Shown in pieces: positions 25,311-40,733 of a DNA stretch of 64,000 nt (position 1 is its first letter; the number at the start of each line of letters is the position of its first letter). Origin of the DNA: the human T2T-CHM13v2.0 reference genome, Homo sapiens. The stretch is taken from the NCBI RefSeq assembly GCF_009914755.1, contig NC_060927.1. The stretch is one strand, 5' to 3'. The translations under genes and the position numbers were made by a program. The notes beneath the pieces are model-generated. The model saw only the letters and a list, made by a program, of their open reading frames with translations. It was not told the DNA's origin and made no database searches.

Positions 25311-25725
25311 ATGTGATAGGTAAAATAATGCCCCCCACAAGACGTCCACCTCCTATACTCCAGAACCTGTAATATGTTATCTTACATGGCAAAAGGAACT
25401 TCACATAGGTGATTAAGGCACCAAGCTTGAGATGGTGAGATTAACCTGGATTATCCAGGTGGGCCCAATGTAATCACATGAGTCAGAGAACCTTTCCTAG
25501 CTGGGATGGAGAAATGAACTGGAAGAAGGAGAGATCTGAAACTTGAGAAGCTCAACCCAGCATTTCTAGCTTTGAAGATGGAAGGAGGAAGCCATGAGCC
25601 AAGGAATGTAAGTAGCTTCTAGAAGCTGGAAGTGGCTCTCAGTTGACAGCCAGCCATTAAGGAAATTAGGATCTCAGTTCTGCAACTATAAGGAGCTGAA
25701 TTCTGCCAAGAGACCAATGTGGAAA
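25311..25725 (+). mobile_element. MLT1D-like MaLR LTR
   Basis: catggcaaaaggaacttcacataggtgattaag...ggattatccaggtgggcccaatgtaatcac. Confidence 0.8.
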
Positions 25726-26257
25726 CAGCAGATCCCTCCACAGAGACACAAGCTTACTGATAACTGGTAGGAATTTCTCCAAAAGTGGAGCTTCCTCCTA
25801 CTCCAGTGTTAATCCCTTTCTCAGAGGAGACGGTCCTCAAACTAACTAACTTGGCACCAAAAGTCCTATCCAGTGTTTTCTCATTATAGTTTTTCTATGC
25901 CTCAACTGTATATATTTACCCAGTTTAGGCTGTTTAAATGAATAAAAAGGAAATGCCATAGTTATTCTAGCCAGTTTCCAATCTCTCTTCTCTTTTTTTG
26001 TTTTGTCAAATAGGGCAGATAAGGCATGAGAATTTATAACTATGAATTACTGTCTTTTCCCAAACAGAAATCACCCTATCAGCTTACCCATTGGGAGAAA
26101 AACTAAAATAGCTCCCCCTGAAATTTTACTTCCTCATTTGGGTCTTGTGTGACTGAAATCTGTATACAATGCCCTAGCAACAACGGTTTTTACAGCTTGC
26201 CTCCCTAGAACAAACCTAGGAGTCTCAGCTGTTTCAGGAATGATTTCTTAAAGGTAA

Positions 26258-26544
<287 letters not shown>

Positions 26545-26819
26545 TAACCAACATTTAAACAGAAATATTCACAGGCTTAAAGACTGAAAGTTAGTGATAT
26601 CATCACATTTCCCCTTCAAAATGCTGAATTTATAAGCAAATTTAAAAGTTTAGAATCTACCTTTTAATTGTCTGCTTTCATTTTTTTGACAGTGGCTTTT
26701 TTTGATATGGTGACTATTTTGTCATGGGTATAAAAGGATAATTCATTTTGTGTTAATCTGAAGACATCTGAAATACTGTATTCAACTATAAGTACCTTTT
26801 TTTACATTTATAAGATTCT

Positions 26820-27660
26820 TTTTCAAAATTTTTATTTGAATAGTTTTTTGGGAACTACTGAACTAAACTAGGTGGTTTTTGGTTACATGGATAAGTTATT
26901 TAGTGGTGATTTCTGAGACTTTGGTGCCACCTGTCACTCGAGCAGTGTACACTGCACCAGTGTGTAGTCTTTTATCTCTCACCCCTCCCACTCTTTCCTC
27001 TGAGTCCCCAAAGTCCATTATATTATTCTTATGTCTTTGCATCCTCATAGTTTAGCTCCCACTTATCAGTGAAAACATACAATATTTGTTTCTCCATTCT
27101 TGAGTTACTTCACTTAGAATAATGGTCTCTGGTTCCATCAAAGTTGCTGCAAATGCCATTATTTTGTTTCTTTTTATGGCTGAGTAATATTCCATGAGGG
27201 ATATTTACCACATTTTCCTTATCCACTCATGGGTTGATGGACATTTAGGTTGGTTCCTTATTTTTGGAATTGCAAATTGTGCTGCTATAAACATGCGTGT
27301 GCATGTGTCTTTTTCATATAATGAATTATTTTCCTTTGGGTATATACCCAGTAGTAGGATTGCTGAATTAAATAGTAGAGTTCTACTTTTAGTTCTTTAA
27401 GGAATCTCCATACTGTTTTCCATAGTGTTTGTACTAGTTTACATTCCCACCAGCAGTGTAAACATGTTCCCTTTTCACCACATCCATGCCAACATCTATT
27501 ATTTTTTGATTTTTTAATAATGGCCATTCTTGCAGGAGTAAGGTGGTATCTCATGGTGGTTTTAATTTGCATTTCCCTGATAGTTAGTGATATTGAACTT
27601 TTTTTCATGTTTGTTGGCCATTTGTATATTTTCTTTTCAGAATTGTCTATTCATGTCCTT
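26820..27660 (-). mobile_element. L1PB-type 3' end
   Basis: ggttacatggataagttatttagtggtgatttctgaga; ORF 27285..27608 is the ORF2 C-terminus ([13 protein letters not shown]). Confidence 0.88.
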
Positions 27661-27950
27661 ATAAACACCATTATTTTTAAGAAGAAACTTTACAAAAATA
27701 GAACATAACCAGATTTATAAAGCATCTGGGAACTCAGTCAATTAAGAAATAGCTCAAGTAACTGATGATGCTTCACCTGAAAGAAGGCCTGGAGAGAACA
27801 GAGATACTGTCTTCAAATATCTGAAGAGCTACCATGGGATGCAAAGATTGAGCTTGATGGTATGACTCTGAAGGGCATCTCTATGAATGAAGGTTATGAG
27901 AGGGTATAAGGAATTAAGAGAGACTTTTCTAACAATTAAAAGGTCTTTTA

Positions 27951-28273
<323 letters not shown>

Positions 28274-28549
28274 TTAAAATTGTATAGAAGAAGTAGACTT
28301 CTGCTTCCTCCAACAAAGGATTAACTGCTATAGGAATTGCCCTCTTTCCATAAACAACTAGAAAGCAGACAAAATATATGAAACAACTGTTTTCAGAGAT
28401 CGGATGACAGACAGCAGAAAACTGTAGTCCCTGAGTGAAGGAAAGAAAAAATGAGATAAGCCCTATGATTGCTCTAGTTTGCTGCCTGGAGCCAGTGTCC
28501 AGGCCCCTCTGAAGGCAGGGGAGCCCTGATACTGAACTAGGAAAAGACA

Positions 28550-31015
<2,466 letters not shown>

Positions 31016-31036
31016 CCATAAAGCTGATTGTTTTTA

Positions 31037-31260
31037 TCTTTTATTTTTATTTTATTTCAATAGTTTTTGGGGAACAGATGGTTTTCGGTTACATGGATGA
31101 GTTCTTTAGTGGTGATTTCTGAGATTTTGATGCACCTGTCACCCGAGCAATGTCCACTGTACCCAATGTGTAGTCTTTTATCCTTCATCCACCTCTCTCT
31201 CACTCTTCCCCCCAAGTACCCAAGTCCATTATATCATTCTTATGACTTTGTGGCCTCATA
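31037..31260 (-). mobile_element. Short 5'-truncated L1PB insertion with TSD aaagctgattgttttta
   Basis: TSD at 31020-31036 and 31261-31277; body resembles 26830-27050. Confidence 0.88.
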
Positions 31261-32029
31261 AAAGCTGATTGTTTTTAAATACACACATACACACATAAAA
31301 GAGAACTTCCAGTGACAGGAAGTGTTCAAGAATGCTCTATTTAGTAAAGACAGAATCACAAAACCATCAGAGGTATTGTTGAGTGGATTCTTGTGGTCTA
31401 TAAATACCTCCATGGACACCCAGGTTAGCAACCTGTTGGAGTTTACGTGGGACAATAGCATCATCACAACAGTCAGCCTAGAGAAATTTACATCCCAAGT
31501 TGTGTCAGTAGCAAGTCCCTATCAATAGCAACTCAGGCTTTGTGAGGTCTAGCTGGCTAGAAATTTCCCACTTGGCCTTGCCCATGCAACATTGTGTAAT
31601 ATTCTTAGCACCATCTGGCTAGCCGATTTAGGCATCAACATCTTCAAGACTTCTTCTCCTCCTCCTTATAAACCTTGCTTTCAGAAAAGGATTAGAAACT
31701 CTTCCAATCACAAAATGATTGCTAAAACTAAATATATTACCCCTCCCAATGGTATTTTTTGGTTAGCCAGGATAGAGATATAAGTGAAAAATCTATTTCC
31801 AGTGTTAGAATTTAAGGCACAGTGAGAAAGGGAAGGCATATACTTTTTGAATGCAAGAAACTTCTTCCCAATCCCCCTGAAATTGCATCATTTGAGTAAC
31901 TATCTCTTCCATATATAAAGTCACAACAATTTCTCTCTCAGTCCCAGAACTTTGAAGCCTTTTCAAACTTTCCTTCTTTTGGTATCTAGGAGGAATACAT
32001 TTTTGAAGATTGTTCTTGGTGTCTTTCAG

Positions 32030-32075
32030 GAACCAACACAATGGAGAGGGAAGAGAGTGAACAGACCAAGAAAAG
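32030..32075 (+). CDS. CD86: CD86 cytoplasmic exon (46 nt)
   Basis: tctttcAG acceptor, GTAAAT donor. Encodes (G)TNTMEREESEQTKK(R). Confidence 0.98.
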
Positions 32076-33417
32076 GTAAATCCTGACCCTGAGACATTGA
32101 TGAGAGAGGTATAATCCCCAGAGTGCCTGTTACTTGAATAGGCTTATGCCTAACATATGTTGAGACCTCAGCAAACCTGAACTAATGGAGAGGGAGAGGA
32201 AAATAAAACTAGTTAAGAACTGGAAGAAAATAACCTGATAATGGATGACAGGGTATCCAATGCACAATGCCCAGAAAGCATGACAAGCTCTGTCATGGTC
32301 AAGTAAAAGTCAATACCAAAGACTTCAGAGGTGGTGAACATGGGCTTCATCTTATCTGCCACAGTAACCCCAGTACCTGGCACAGTGCCTAGATTAGTGG
32401 GCATCCTACATGTGTGGAATGAATAAATGAAGAAGTGGGGAATGATAACATGTTTGCTTCAGCCTGAGCATCTTAGTATTTGCTATGGCCCTGTTTAGAT
32501 GTTCTTCTGCCACTTCTTTACCTCATTCTTCAGATCTTGCCTCAAGCAGCACTTTCTTAAAAACCCTTTCCCAAACTAGAAAATGTCAACTTGTTACAGT
32601 GTCATGTGGATCCCTTGGCTTTTTCTTAATAACACCAGATTATGCTTACATATTTGTGTAATTATCTTATTAAACTCTATAAACTAGACTTAACTAAATC
32701 CTATGAAGAGCAGAGACCATACCAGTTAAGCTCATCATTGTGCTGCTAGCACTTAGCATGGTGCCTGGCATATAGCAGGTTCTCAATAAATGTTGAAAGA
32801 ATGATTGATGCATGATGAATACATAAAAGTTCGTGGTGATCAGTCCTTTCACAACGTGAAGCTATCAGATAGTCTGTACCTCTATCCCTCCTGAGAAATT
32901 AAGCTCTCAGGAATATCAAGGCTCTGACTGCATACCCATAGGATCAAAGCAACCCTCAGTCACAAGCCTGGTTTCAGAGATAGGGTCATAACCCCCAGGG
33001 TGCAGAGACAACCGAGAGTACCCAGCACTAATCCAGATATACCAGCCACTGTGATTCTAGCAACAAAACTAATAATTCCGGGCACCCTTGGACAATGAGA
33101 AAGGGTGCTGAAATCCTGCCTACCCTGTCACACTCAGTTTCAGAAATGGTCTGGAAGAGCCTGCAGAGGGCAGGCAGCAGAGAACCGGCAGAGGGCATGG
33201 GAAGGGCCAGGCAGAAATAAAGGGTAGCTCTTGAAGCATAGATGACAGTGTAGACCGTGGTTCTTTTCTCTTGCTTTCTCCACCTTTCTCTTCAATAGTT
33301 TGTTTCTCCTCATTGCTGTTCCAATGGCAACCTCTATTCTGCCCTATCATTGAAATCTAGAAAAAGAAAGTAGCTCAAATGTGAAATATCACCTAATCTT
33401 TTCTTCTATTTCTCCAG

Positions 33418-33514
33418 AGAAAAAATCCATATACCTGAAAGATCTGATGAAGCCCAGCGTGTTTTTAAAAGTTCGAAGACATCTTCATGCGACAAAAGTG
33501 ATACATGTTTTTAA
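33418..33514 (+). CDS. CD86: CD86 last coding exon to the TAA stop
   Basis: tctccAG acceptor. Encodes EKIHIPERSDEAQRVFKSSKTSSCDKSDTCF*. The six exons total 976 nt; adding 14 nt from the upstream exon gives 990 nt = 329 aa plus stop. Confidence 0.99.
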
Positions 33515-35118
33515 TTAAAGAGTAAAGCCCATACAAGTATTCATTTTTTCTACCCTTTCCTTTGTAAGTTCCTGGGCAACCTTTTTGATTTCTTCCAGAA
33601 GGCAAAAAGACATTACCATGAGTAATAAGGGGGCTCCAGGACTCCCTCTAAGTGGAATAGCCTCCCTGTAACTCCAGCTCTGCTCCGTATGCCAAGAGGA
33701 GACTTTAATTCTCTTACTGCTTCTTTTCACTTCAGAGCACACTTATGGGCCAAGCCCAGCTTAATGGCTCATGACCTGGAAATAAAATTTAGGACCAATA
33801 CCTCCTCCAGATCAGATTCTTCTCTTAATTTCATAGATTGTGTTTTTTTTTTAAATAGACCTCTCAATTTCTGGAAAACTGCCTTTTATCTGCCCAGAAT
33901 TCTAAGCTGGTGCCCCACTGAATTTTGTGTACCTGTGACTAAACAACTACCTCCTCAGTCTGGGTGGGACTTATGTATTTATGACCTTATAGTGTTAATA
34001 TCTTGAAACATAGAGATCTATGTACTGTAATAGTGTGATTACTATGCTCTAGAGAAAAGTCTACCCCTGCTAAGGAGTTCTCATCCCTCTGTCAGGGTCA
34101 GTAAGGAAAACGGTGGCCTAGGGTACAGGCAACAATGAGCAGACCAACCTAAATTTGGGGAAATTAGGAGAGGCAGAGATAGAACCTGGAGCCACTTCTA
34201 TCTGGGCTGTTGCTAATATTGAGGAGGCTTGCCCCACCCAACAAGCCATAGTGGAGAGAACTGAATAAACAGGAAAATGCCAGAGCTTGTGAACCCTGTT
34301 TCTCTTGAAGAACTGACTAGTGAGATGGCCTGGGGAAGCTGTGAAAGAACCAAAAGAGATCACAATACTCAAAAGAGAGAGAGAGAGAAAAAAGAGAGAT
34401 CTTGATCCACAGAAATACATGAAATGTCTGGTCTGTCCACCCCATCAACAAGTCTTGAAACAAGCAACAGATGGATAGTCTGTCCAAATGGACATAAGAC
34501 AGACAGCAGTTTCCCTGGTGGTCAGGGAGGGGTTTTGGTGATACCCAAGTTATTGGGATGTCATCTTCCTGGAAGCAGAGCTGGGGAGGGAGAGCCATCA
34601 CCTTGATAATGGGATGAATGGAAGGAGGCTTAGGACTTTCCACTCCTGGCTGAGAGAGGAAGAGCTGCAACGGAATTAGGAAGACCAAGACACAGATCAC
34701 CCGGGGCTTACTTAGCCTACAGATGTCCTACGGGAACGTGGGCTGGCCCAGCATAGGGCTAGCAAATTTGACTTGGATGATTGTTTTTGCTCAAGGCAAC
34801 CAGAGGAAACTTGCATACAGAGACAGATATACTGGGAGAAATGACTTTGAAAACCTGGCTCTAAGGTGGGATCACTAAGGGATGGGGCAGTCTCTGCCCA
34901 AACATAAAGAGAACTCTGGGGAGCCTGAGCCACAAAAATGTTCCTTTATTTTATGTAAACCCTCAAGGGTTATAGACTGCCATGCTAGACAAGCTTGTCC
35001 ATGTAATATTCCCATGTTTTTACCCTGCCCCTGCCTTGATTAGACTCCTAGCACCTGGCTAGTTTCTAACATGTTTTGTGCAGCACAGTTTTTAATAAAT
35101 GCTTGTTACATTCATTTA
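33515..35118 (+). other. CD86: CD86 3' UTR (~1.6 kb; end approximate)
   Basis: Follows the stop codon and ends about 20 nt after AATAAA at 35094, followed by T/GT-rich sequence. Confidence 0.85.
35094..35099 (+). terminator. Polyadenylation signal AATAAA of CD86
   Basis: Canonical hexamer with T-rich upstream sequence and downstream ttttctgctttgg. Confidence 0.85.
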
Positions 35119-36126
35119 AAAGTCTACATTTTCTGCTTTGGCTTCAAGAGTACTACTCAACCCTTGTGGTCTGATGTTCCCTGCTCTGTCCTCTGAATGT
35201 ACTTCCTTTCTCTTTACATCTCTATGGCTAGAAGCCTCTCACGCATCCTGTATCTTCTCCTCCTCCCTTTTCCCTACCATTATTTGAGAAAGGAGGCTTG
35301 TATACTTCTATATGTTTATCTCAGTAATAAGTCATAAAAAATCAAGTAAGAATGGTTGTTTTTGAGGACAACTAAGAAATCTGGAATAAGGAAGGGAAGC
35401 TTACTTTTGAGTTTGTAACCTGTAGTGTGTAATTTTTTAATTATGTACTTACATGTACATTAAACAAAAGCTTAATGTAAAAATATTCCTTGAAAACACC
35501 ATGATTATAAAATAAATGCATATATACATACAGCATGTGAGAGGAGCCAGGAAAACTCTGGAAAAAAGAAAATTACCTAGACTCTGTGAGGGCAGGAATG
35601 TGTTTAATTTCTCTCCAATGGATCCTCAGACAACTAAGATAGTTGTCTATTCTATTGTCCATCTTTTTGTCTTTTGTTGTATTTCTTAAAGATTCCCTCA
35701 ACTTTATCTTCTAACTTCTGTTGTATTTTTATTTCTGCTATCATGTATTCTTTTCAGAATTCTTTTTTGTTCTCTCAAAACATATCTGTTTAAAGATTGA
35801 ATGAAATATTAACATGCCCTTTGGTGAGAACATCCCTCCTTTGTATATTAAATTCTCTGAACTGCTGTATTCTAAGACTAGGGGAAAGAAAAAGAAGGTT
35901 GAAAGAGGTCATTAGGCAGAATAGTACTAGCTAACATTATTTCACATTTACCATATACCCGTCACTCATCTAAACCTTTAAACTCATTATCCTATTTAAT
36001 CCTCACAATGACCCTGTGACGTAGGTAATGGAATATTATGCCCATTATGCTGATGAGAAAATATAAACACAGAGATAAGTCAGAGTAATTTACCCAACAT
36101 TGTTAACTTTGTAAGTGGCAGAGCTT

Positions 36127-37635
36127 TGTAACAGGCAGAGGTTGGAACAGTTTGGAGGGCTCAGAAGAAGACAGGAAGATGTAGGAAAGTTTGGAACTTC
36201 CCAGAGCCTTGTTGAATGGCTTTGACCAAAATGCTGATAGTAATATGGACAATGAAATACAGGCTGAGGTGGTCTCAGATAGAGAAGAGGAACTTGTTGG
36301 GAACTGGAATAAAGGTGACTCTTGCTATGTTTTAGCAAAGACACTGGTGGCATTTTGCCCCTGCCCTAGAGATTTGTGGGACTTTGAACTTGAGAGAGAT
36401 GATTTAGGGTATCTGGTGGAAGAAATTTCTAAGCAGCAAAGCATTCAAGATGTAACTTTCGTGCTGTTAAAAGCATTCAGTTTTATGTATTCCCAAAAAT
36501 ATGGTTTGGAATTGGAACTTATGTTTAAAAGTTTGGAAAATTTGCAGCCTGACAATGTGATAGAAAAGAAAACCCATTTTCTGAGGAGAAATTCAAGCCA
36601 GCTGCAGAAATTTGCATAAGTAACAAGGAGCCAAATGTTAATTGCCAAGATAATGGGAAAATGTCTCCAGGCCATGTCAGAACTCTTTACAGCAGCCCTT
36701 CTCATCACAGGCCAAGAGGCCTAGGAGGGAAAAACGGTTTCCTGGCCAGGCCCGAGGCCTTGCTGCTTTGTGCAGTTTTGGGACTTGGTGCCCTGCATCC
36801 CAGCCATGGCTAAAAGAGGCCAAGATACAGTTCAGGTCATGGCTTCAGAGGGTGCAAGCCCCAAGGCTTGGCAGCTTCAGCACAGTGAACCTGCAGGTGC
36901 ACACAAGTCAAGAATTGAGGTTTGGGAACATCCCCGTAGATTTCAGAGGATGTATGGGAACACCTGGATGTCCAGGCAGAAGTTTGCTGCAGGGGTAGAG
37001 CTCTCATGGAGAACCTCTGCAAGGGCAGTGCAGCAGGGAAATGTGGGGTTGGAGCCCCCACACAGAGTCCCCACTGGGGCACTGCCTAGTGGAGCTATGA
37101 GAAGAGGGCCACCATCATCCAGACCCCAGAATTGTAGGTCCACCAACCATGCGCCTGGAAAAGTCACCGACACTCAATGCCAACCCATGAAGGAAGTCAG
37201 GAGGGGGCTGTACCCTGCAAAGCCAAAGAGGCCAAGCTGCCCAAGGCCATGGGAGCCCACCTCTTGCATCAGCATGACCTGGATGTGAGAGATGGAGACA
37301 AAAGAGATCATTTTGGAGCTTTAAGATTTCACTGCCCCACTGGATTTTGGACTTGCATGGGGCCTGTAGCCCCTTTGTTTTGGCAAATTTCTCCCATTTG
37401 GAATGGGTATATTTACCCAATGCCTGTACCCCCATTGTATCTAGGAAGTTACTAACTTTCTTTTGATTTTACAGGCTCATAGGCGGAAGGTGCTTGCCTT
37501 GTCTCAGATGAGACTTTGGACTTGGGACTTTTGGGTTAATGCTGGAATGAGTTAAGACTTTGGGGGACTGTTGGAAAGGCATGATTGTATTTTGAAATGT
37601 AAGGACATGAGATTTGGGAGGAGCCAGGGGTGAAA
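36127..37635 (+). mobile_element. THE1 (MaLR) internal sequence without a 5' LTR
   Basis: gtaacaggcagaggttggaacagtttggagggctcagaagaagacagg; ORFs 36191..36619 and 36770..37288 are MaLR-int remnants; ends in a purine tract. Confidence 0.92.
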
Positions 37636-38013
37636 TTATATGGTTTGGCTGTGTCCCCATCCAAATCTCATCTTGAATTGTAGTTCCCATAATCTCCACG
37701 TGTTGTGGGAGGGACCCAGTGGGAGGTAATTGAATCATGTGGGCAGTTACCCCCATGCTGCTGTTCTCATGATAGTGAGTGAGTTCTCATGAGATGTGAT
37801 GGTTTTATAAGAGGCTTTTCTGCCTTTTGCTTGGCATTTCTCCTTCCTATCATCCTGTGAAAGAGGATATGTTTGCTTCCCCTTCCACCATGATTTAAGT
37901 TTCCTGAGGCCTCATCAGCCCTGCTGAACTGTGAGTCAATTAAACCTCCTTCCTTTATAAATTAACCAGTCTTGGGTGTGTCTTTATTAGCAGTGTGAGA
38001 AGGAACAAATACA
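37636..38013 (+). mobile_element. THE1C/D 3' LTR
   Basis: tatggtttggctgtgtcccca...tgagtcaattaaacctc...aataca; ATTAAA at 37939-37944. Confidence 0.92.
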
Positions 38014-38779
38014 TTAACCCAGGCTTGAAAGCAAAGAGTCATCTCTGATGACTGCATTCAACCTTTCCCTCAGCACCCACTGCTCACCCCTTCGCTCCTG
38101 CCTCATTCTGTTATCAGTCATCACTAGGCCAGGAAAGCATTCCTCCCACTTTCACACCCACCTCTTATTTTCTCATTCAGGACCTTTTTTATTCATACCA
38201 AAAACATGTCAGTCACCTCCCAACTGATCCCAGTCTCCTATCTCTCTTACCCTTCATTCTGTCCAACACACCAAGAGAAACAAGAAGGTAAATAGTGAAA
38301 AGGTCTCCCTCACATTCCCTTTCCCTAGCCACACAACTCTGATCTCCAGCTTCCTGGGTATCCATTCGTAGTCACAGTATGCCTATTTTTAAGTGTGTGT
38401 ACACACACATACACATATTCCCCTTACTCAGGCAGATTTGGTTTTACTTTACACTACAGTCTAAAGAAATCAGAATACTCTTGCTAGGATGATTGACATC
38501 AGTCTTCAGTGTAATCCTTCATATTAAAAACATACATCTGTATGTATAAGTTTTCATTCTCACCAATATTCTAGCATCATTGTGGATCTTATAATAAAAG
38601 TGAGATTCCATTGGATTTTATTATGTCTACCTGTTCACTTCAGAAGAAAAGATACTTACAGATATAGAATCCTTCACTGTCCTTAGTCACAAAGTTTAAA
38701 ACCTGCTCCAATCTGAACAAGTTACACCCTAGGTCTGGTGAGCAACAGTTACCCTGAAGGGATCTCCCAATTCCTATGT

Positions 38780-39900
38780 CCATATAGTTGTCTTTCTTGA
38801 TTTACCCCCTCACTTTGGTGGTGCATATCCTTCAGTAGCTTGATCCAGCAGCTTTCTGAGAAAGGATCTGTGGGAAATATATTTAATGAAATTTTATGTA
38901 TCTGAAAATGTCTTTATCTTACTTTCCTGCTTAACTATTAATAATTTTGCTTGGTATAAAAATTTGGGTTGGAAATTATTTTCATTGTCCATAGTTTCCA
39001 GTGTTGCTCTTGAGAAATCTACAAATATTCTGACTCCTTATCTTTTTACATGAAAGCTTTTAGAATCTGCTCAGTGTTCTAAGATTTTGTCATGAAATGC
39101 CTGTTTGTCCATTGTGATTAACACTCAGATGGACTTTTCTTCTGGAAACTCATGTCCTTTCCTCCAGGGAAATTTTCCTGAATTATTTCATTGATTATTT
39201 TTCCCCTCTATTTCACTAGTCTCTCATTTTAGAATGTCAGATTCCTGAATGTTGAATCTCCTAGACTGATCCTCCAATTTTGTTATTTTCTCTCCTGTTG
39301 CCCATATTTTGTTTTTTGTTCCATTTCCTAGAGATTTTCTCAAGTTTATCTTCCAGCCTTTCTGTTGTACTTTTTACTTCTGCTATCATGTTTTATTTTC
39401 AGAGCTCCTTTTTGTTTTCTGAATGTTTCTTTTTGCAAGGAGCCTGTTCCTAATGGTTGAAATATTATCTCTTAACTCTCTTAGGATATTAACGATTAGG
39501 TTGTTTGTTTTTAAAGTTTTATATTCCAAGTTATTTCTTCCTGTTTGTTTGCTTTGATCTATATCATCCATGTTAAAGGATTCCCAGCTGTCTGATGATA
39601 CTTGACTGTCTGTTCACAATTAAGAGTGAAAAACTAAAAGTTTGGAGGATCTGAGTTTATGGATGGGTTTGTCAACTTTAGCTTCATGGTAGAGGGATCT
39701 GGAGCAAGACATTTTTAGGAAATCATTTTTAGATCTTCTTTTTTGAGCTGGTAATTTTTCAGTATCTTGCTTGGAAGGTAGAGGTATAGCTGCTAGTATT
39801 TTGGGAGCCAAGTGAGAGAAGAGGGGTGGGTGTGAGTAGTGATGGAACCTCTGCATTCCTTATTCAGTATGCATAAATGTACTTACTCCATGTGTTTTTA
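38780..39900 (-). mobile_element. Ancient L1M 5'/ORF1 remnant
   Basis: T-rich, with tctgaaaatgtctttat and ttgggttggaaattattttc motifs. Confidence 0.65.
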
Positions 39901-40565
39901 GTACGATAGCCCTATCGTACTTGTAGCATGTGGCAAAGTGGTTTCTCTTCCCGTGACCTGATTATAACATTGATTCAGATTAAACATTGTGAACTCAGTT
40001 TCCTAAATATACCAAGTACAAAGTAAAAGTCACTAAATTGTCCTAACAGTTTACTAGAAATGGAAGAAATTCAGAAAGCAATGAGGAGAACCTTCCCATT
40101 GTATGTGGTACATGAGGGCAGAGAAGGGAGTAATTCACCCAACACCAAAAAGAGCCATGACCAGAACTCAGGTTCCTGATTTTTCAGTCCAGGGTTCTTC
40201 CCACCCCACTGTGCCCCTCTAAACTTCTTGTTAACTGGAAGAGCTGGAAAATGGGTGTCAACAGAGCATAATGAAGGAAGATCATGGACTTTAGGTCAGA
40301 TAGACCTGACACCACTACACTTGACTGTGTGACCTTGGGCTAATTACTTAATCTCTGATTTTCAGTTTTCTTATTTGTAAAATAGGGATAATAATATCTA
40401 CCTACCTTACAGGATCAAGGGCAATCCAAAAGATAAGGATTATACTGTTTAAAAAAGGAAAGGAAAGAAAAATAAAAGAGCCACAACAAACAAGCAATTG
40501 GGTAGCTTGTTTCAACAGGGTGGGCTTGAGGATGGTGAGTGAGAATTAGTAGTGGGAGGATGGCA

Positions 40566-40733
40566 ACTTCATGTGAGGCTGATGTAGGAGGAGTTGTAGG
40601 TTGGGCTGTACATGGATTAACAGGCGTGGGCTTGGATTCTTTCATATAACACTCAGCCCAGAAGTCTTCCAAACACCCTGCTGAAAGCCAGAAATGCTCC
40701 TACAACTCCTCCTGCATCAGCCTCACATGAAGT
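40566..40733. repeat. 35-bp inverted repeat (40566-40600 / 40699-40733), 1 mismatch, 98-bp spacer
   Basis: acttcatgtgaggctgatgtaggaggagttgtagg versus cctacaactcctcctgcatcagcctcacatgaagt. Confidence 0.95.

Noticed and set aside
33781-33786. Proximal AATAAA in the 3' UTR
   Set aside because: No clear GU/U-rich element directly downstream; use cannot be supported from sequence alone.
36191-37455. 142-aa and 172-aa ORFs downstream of CD86
   Set aside because: Broken THE1 internal ORF remnants.
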